A DNA stretch of 36,675 nt, taken from the IMG/VR virus record IMGVR_UViG_3300029925_000066, positions 1-36,675 of that record. The stretch is one strand, 5' to 3'. Below are positions 35,276-36,675 of this stretch, in pieces. The notes beneath the pieces were generated by a model. That model saw only the letters and a program-made list of their open reading frames with translations. It ran no database searches and had not been told where the DNA came from. The stretch is from a virus (Duplodnaviria > Caudoviricetes). Numbering within the stretch: position 1 is the stretch's first letter; each line of letters opens with the position of its first letter. The translations under genes were made by a program, and so were the position numbers.

Positions 35276-35333
35276 GTTGTTCTCTCCCTAGCTATAGTTG
35301 ACAATCTATTACTTTTCTCTAGATAACATAAGC

Positions 35334-35570
35334 CTATGGAGTAGTCAAGCCCTTCTTATGTTCGTTATAAAGTGTTAGGATGTAATCCCTGTCAGTAACA
35401 GTCATGAGAGTCTTGCCCATTGCTATAGCATCCCAGTGGGCATGGCCCTGCTCGGTGAATTGCCAGACGAATAGTGTGTCAAGATATTTCTTGCCATCCT
35501 CCCTCAAACACTCTTCGACACGGTGAGCTGCGAGTGACCCCACCAATAGTTCACGATTATCATTGGTCAT
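35334..35570 (-). CDS. Hypothetical protein with F.W..T.QG...W motif
   Basis: YLDTLFVWQFTEQGHAHWDAI. Confidence 0.75.
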   Translation of the reverse strand: MTNDNRELLVGSLAAHRVEECLREDGKKYLDTLFVWQFTEQGHAHWDAIAMGKTLMTVTDRDYILTLYNEHKKGLTTP

Positions 35571-35582
35571 AAGAGTTTCTCC

Positions 35583-35816
35583 TCAAAATGGAATGTCTGC
35601 TATTCTCTTTGCTTCGAGCATCAGTCTGATATAAGCCTTGGCATTATTTGTCAATGGTGTTTCACCCCTAAAGATTCTGTTCCAGTAGTGAGAGCCTTGG
35701 TGTGTCAACCCCCATGCAAATAAATTAAATAGATAGTTTAGCTCATGAGTTTTAAGGAAGATTTCTGCATGCTCAACATAAAGACTGTTTAGCAAGGCGT
35801 CATAGTCTTTAAACAT
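35583..35816 (-). CDS. Hypothetical protein with F.W..T.QG...W motif
   Basis: YLFNLFAWGLTHQGSHYWNRI. Confidence 0.75.
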   Translation of the reverse strand: MFKDYDALLNSLYVEHAEIFLKTHELNYLFNLFAWGLTHQGSHYWNRIFRGETPLTNNAKAYIRLMLEAKRIADIPF

Positions 35817-35977
35817 AAGAGTAATCCCTTCAGTGAATTTATGTGTTTCGGAAATCTCATTAAGTTTATGTGGAAAACTTTCAAAAGTTAATGGGTCCCA
35901 TCCAGAGAAAGGAGTGTATGCCTCTTCATAGTCACAACCAAAATTTTTTTATTTACAAAATTTTTACACCCAAGACA

Positions 35978-36298
35978 TTAAACATAACCCAATGCTTCGG
36001 CCTTCATCGTGTGCTTATCTTTATTCCATAGGCCTAACTCTGTGGCTGACACTTCATGGCAGATCATAAGAATTTCTTTTAATTCTATATCATGATTCTG
36101 GAGGGCCTTGACCATGGGCAAAATATTATCGGTCCAATCGATTTTCTTTACGAAATGTATGATCCCCGTGATCCCCCTCATTGCAACCTTCTTCGTCATT
36201 GGATCGAGGGCAAGGAGTTTAATAGAAAGGAATCGAATAGCTTCCAAGCATTGCTTGCGAGTCTTGGGGGCTTTGAAGGTTAGGGGTTCAACTTTCAT
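35978..36298 (-). CDS. Hypothetical protein, paralog of 34666..34980
   Basis: EAIRFLS...CH..SA.EL.LWN. Confidence 0.75.
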   Translation of the reverse strand: MKVEPLTFKAPKTRKQCLEAIRFLSIKLLALDPMTKKVAMRGITGIIHFVKKIDWTDNILPMVKALQNHDIELKEILMICHEVSATELGLWNKDKHTMKAEALGYV

Positions 36299-36325
36299 TT
36301 TCTCTCTTTTCTTCTATAGATTGTA

Positions 36326-36675
36326 TTATCCAAAATATTTAAGAAATGTTTCATCCATCGTATGTTTACATGCGTCACCCAGATCAAGACTGCGCAAGTA
36401 TATCATGGCGAGGTCCGCATTATCTGAGGTGTAGACAAGATCATTTTTATCATTCCGCACCTTCCTCAATTCTTCAAGGGTTATGTTGCCCCAAGCATAT
36501 TGTCTAGAGGCTTCGATCTGTTTCAGCGGACGTTCCCTGTCTGAGAATTGCTCATGGACAATGGGGACAGCAAGTTCTGAAAGGTCACAAGCAAGCAATC
36601 GCTTCTCCTTATCGAAACCGCTTATTGTTCTTAAGGCCCAACAAGCATCGCTCAATCCATTACACTTAAGGATTG
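36326..36675 (-). CDS. Imm5-like helical domain protein, probably 5'-truncated by the window edge
   Basis: The frame is open to the edge (ILKCNGLSDACWALR); RLLACD..E...ERP...IEA.R.YA.G.IT pattern. Confidence 0.55.
   Translation of the reverse strand, partial: ILKCNGLSDACWALRTISGFDKEKRLLACDLSELAVPIVHEQFSDRERPLKQIEASRQYAWGNITLEELRKVRNDKNDLVYTSDNADLAMIYLRSLDLGDACKHTMDETFLKYFG

Larger units (their letters stand above)
34329..35322. repeat. Three copies of an intergenic cassette (34329-34391, 34604-34667, 35288-35322)
   Basis: Core TATAG(C/T)T(A/G)(G/A)(G/C)AATCTATTACTTT; copies 1 and 2 also share TAGGGAAACTATAGACTTT. Each lies just upstream of a minus-strand ATG. Confidence 0.9.

Noticed and set aside
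34329-35322. CRISPR or mini-array interpretation of the repeated cassette
   Set aside because: The copies are separated by whole genes at irregular distances, and no cas genes are present.

Overview
This is a segment of a T4-like (Tevenvirinae-related) myophage genome, almost entirely coded on the minus strand. Bases 1 to ~27 kb are a late virion cluster with several TATAAATA late promoters. From left to right it holds a truncated fibre gene, a DUF4815/VrlC-like pair, gp8, gp7-like, gp6, gp25, a gp5 split into two genes, a gp27-like hub, gp53, gp48-like and a divergent gp4. A GIY-YIG homing endonuclease follows, with a hairpin that sequesters its ribosome-binding site. From 28 kb to 36.7 kb there are small accessory genes. 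Four things stand out. (1) A candidate capsid-cargo system lies among the baseplate genes: a T7 gp0.7-like protein kinase and a repeat-built basic polyprotein, both carrying (L/I/V)-x-E motifs like T4 prohead-protease sites. (2) There is a tandem array of 12 highly diverged ~90-aa paralogs plus a remnant. (3) The N-terminal half of gp5 is fused to an amidase, a long fibre and an S74 chaperone, while the C-terminal half ends in a catalytically degenerate M15-like domain. (4) Repeated intergenic cassettes flank the accessory genes. All assignments come from motif recognition by eye; no database search was run.
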